DNA of 64,000 nucleotides from an uncultured Thermoleophilaceae bacterium (GTDB lineage Bacteria; Actinomycetota; Thermoleophilia; Solirubrobacterales; Thermoleophilaceae): NCBI GenBank assembly GCA_963828225.1, contig CAWHDX010000006.1, positions 125,318 to 189,317 of the forward strand, read 5' to 3'. Shown piece by piece: positions 63,527 to 64,000 of this stretch (position 1 is its first letter; each line of letters starts with the position of its first letter). The notes under the pieces were generated by a model. It saw only the letters and a program-made list of their open reading frames with translations, ran no database searches and was not told where the DNA came from. The position numbers and the translations under genes were made by a program.

Positions 63527-64000
63527 CGACACCGCCACGATCGAGCGCGAGCTCGCCGCCGTGGACCGCGCCCTGAGCGGCGGGACCGCCGACCACGACG
63601 ACCCGGTCGCGCGCGAGCTGCAGGTGCTCGCGCTGGAGCTGCGCGCCGCGGCGCCCGCGCCGGCGCCCGACTTCGCCCAGCGCATGGACCGGCGCGCGCA
63701 GCACGGCGTTCGAGGGCGTGCCGCGGAGGGCGCGACCGCCCGGCCCGCTCGCCATCGGCCTGCGCCGCTACGTGCTGCCGGTCGCGGGGACGCTCGTGCC
63801 GCTGGCGCTGATCGTCGGGTTGATCTTCGCCGTCGGCGGCCCCAGCCTCCAGGGCGGCGGGGACGACAACGACTCCGGCTCGGTCGCGAGCGACTCCGGC
63901 GACGGCGGTGGCGCCTCTGCCGGCGGCGATTCAGGCGGCGGCGCCGAGCTCGTCGCGCCGGACCCGGCGGTCGCGCCGCCCGCCGCGAGCGTCCCGAAGC
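63513..64000 (+). pseudogene. putative anti-sigma factor (single TM), frame break near 63695; runs off window end
   Basis: ATG overlaps the sigma gene 3' end by 14 nt. After ...DFAQRMDRR the next frame gives ...RRYVLPVAGTLVPLALIVGLIFAVGGPS... followed by a Gly/Asp/Ser-rich region. Confidence 0.6.

Overview
Very GC-rich (by eye, not computed), gene-dense bacterial chromosome segment with actinobacterial-type gene content: KatG, Lhr-Nei, a PafBC-like WYL regulator, GpgS, LLM/F420-type enzymes, ROK, TetR and ECF-sigma regulators. I resolve about 60 protein genes, one intact tRNA-Phe(GAA), and a ydaO-class c-di-AMP riboswitch candidate ahead of a cell-wall hydrolase gene. I recognised no rRNA, CRISPR array, transposase or integrase. 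Two things stand out. (1) Between katG and tRNA-Phe (about 32.7-38.4 kb) lies an accessory block of four Sec-signal proteins. They are a delta-60 beta-propeller protein with an RTX block, a PD40-like protein, a protein of three Cys-bracketed repeats with the same RTX block, and a collagen-like protein with a fourth copy of that domain. Three of these genes are preceded at the same spacing by a conserved G-arm/C-arm hairpin. The block also holds a 47-nt perfect copy of the tRNA-Phe 3' half, a tRNA-Met 3' half, and a 54-nt fragment of the thioesterase gene that sits beyond the tRNA. Together these look like scars of tRNA-targeted integration or cassette shuffling with no integrase left. (2) About fifty single-base frame breaks interrupt otherwise well-conserved genes, densest at about 39.6-50 kb. 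Peptide sense resumes in a neighbouring frame without stops, which points to indel sequencing or assembly error rather than real gene decay. All coordinates for broken genes are therefore reconstructions. The many long Arg/Ala-rich ORFs in the six-frame track are antisense or off-frame shadows typical of high-GC DNA.
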